NCBI GenBank assembly: GCA_049968235.1
Contig: JBMFRC010000020.1
Span: 1-59,355, forward strand
DNA length: 59,355 nucleotides
Origin: Candidatus Hydrogenedens sp.
GTDB lineage: Bacteria > Hydrogenedentota > Hydrogenedentia > Hydrogenedentales > Hydrogenedentaceae
Direction of reading: 5' to 3'
A program made the position numbers and the translations under genes. Below, one piece after another: positions 59,205 through 59,355 of the stretch (its first letter is position 1; each line of letters opens with the position of its first letter). Below the pieces are notes generated by a model. The model made no database searches. It saw only the letters and a list, made by a program, of their open reading frames with translations, and had not been told where the DNA came from.

Positions 59205-59355
59205 ATTATAGCAGAGCGAGCACTTCCCTCAAAACATAGCTTATCCATTAGCAACTCTCTAACGGTTACCATTATAGCAGAGCGAGCACTTCCCTCAAAA
59301 CATAGCAGACTCGAATTGACATTGACACCACCGACAATTATAGCAGAGCGAGCAC
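59205..59355. CRISPR. CRISPR array, 36-bp repeat ATTATAGCAGAGCGAGCACTTCCCTCAAAACATAGC, 30-bp spacers; truncated by the window end; probably transcribed on the minus strand
   Basis: Identical repeats at 59205..59240 and 59271..59306, and a partial one at 59337..59355. Spacers at 59241..59270 and 59307..59336. The minus-strand form of each repeat ends in TGCTATAAT. Confidence 0.9.

Noticed and set aside
1-59355. Search for additional CRISPR arrays, IS elements, tRNAs or rRNAs elsewhere in the window.
   Set aside because: No other direct-repeat arrays, transposase-like ORFs, terminal inverted repeats or tRNA-like cloverleaf candidates were apparent by inspection. Intergenic regions are short and AT-rich, consistent with promoters. 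tRNAscan was not available to run.

Overview
This is a 59.4 kb low-GC chromosomal segment. Several marker genes suggest, by inference, a Planctomycetes/Verrucomicrobia/Lentisphaerae-type bacterium: a DUF1559 protein with a prepilin-type N-terminus, a Tat-exported xylose-isomerase-fold protein, and a PmoA-like secreted protein. The window is densely coding.

From 5' to 3' it contains:
- an ECF sigma/anti-sigma pair;
- an arsenic-resistance island: arsR, a COG0701 permease, acr3, a thioredoxin/CcdA redox module, and a distal arsC;
- a signalling island of three giant hybrid histidine kinases plus a receiver-GGDEF regulator;
- a nine-gene V/A-type ATPase operon;
- housekeeping genes: hflX, ffh-rpsP-KH-trmD-rplS, priA, ilvC, lpxK, sugar kinases, gltX.

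The most interesting part is the 3' end, from about 54.4 kb to the window edge. It holds a compact type II-C CRISPR-Cas locus: a minus-strand tracrRNA with a consensus sigma70 promoter and an intrinsic terminator, then cas9 (1066 aa), cas1, cas2, and a CRISPR array of 36-bp repeats with 30-bp spacers that is truncated by the window end. Each repeat ends, on the minus strand, in a perfect extended -10 box (TGCTATAAT). This implies a Neisseria-like leader-independent array transcribed toward cas2. A degenerate inverted repeat copy upstream of cas9 forms the tracrRNA anti-repeat. It also gives a putative cas9 promoter, in a back-to-back arrangement of -10 boxes. The Cas9 ortholog and its guide RNA architecture are not ones I recognise and can be reconstructed entirely from this sequence. 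No database search was possible. All family assignments rest on recognisable motifs, not on computed similarity scores.
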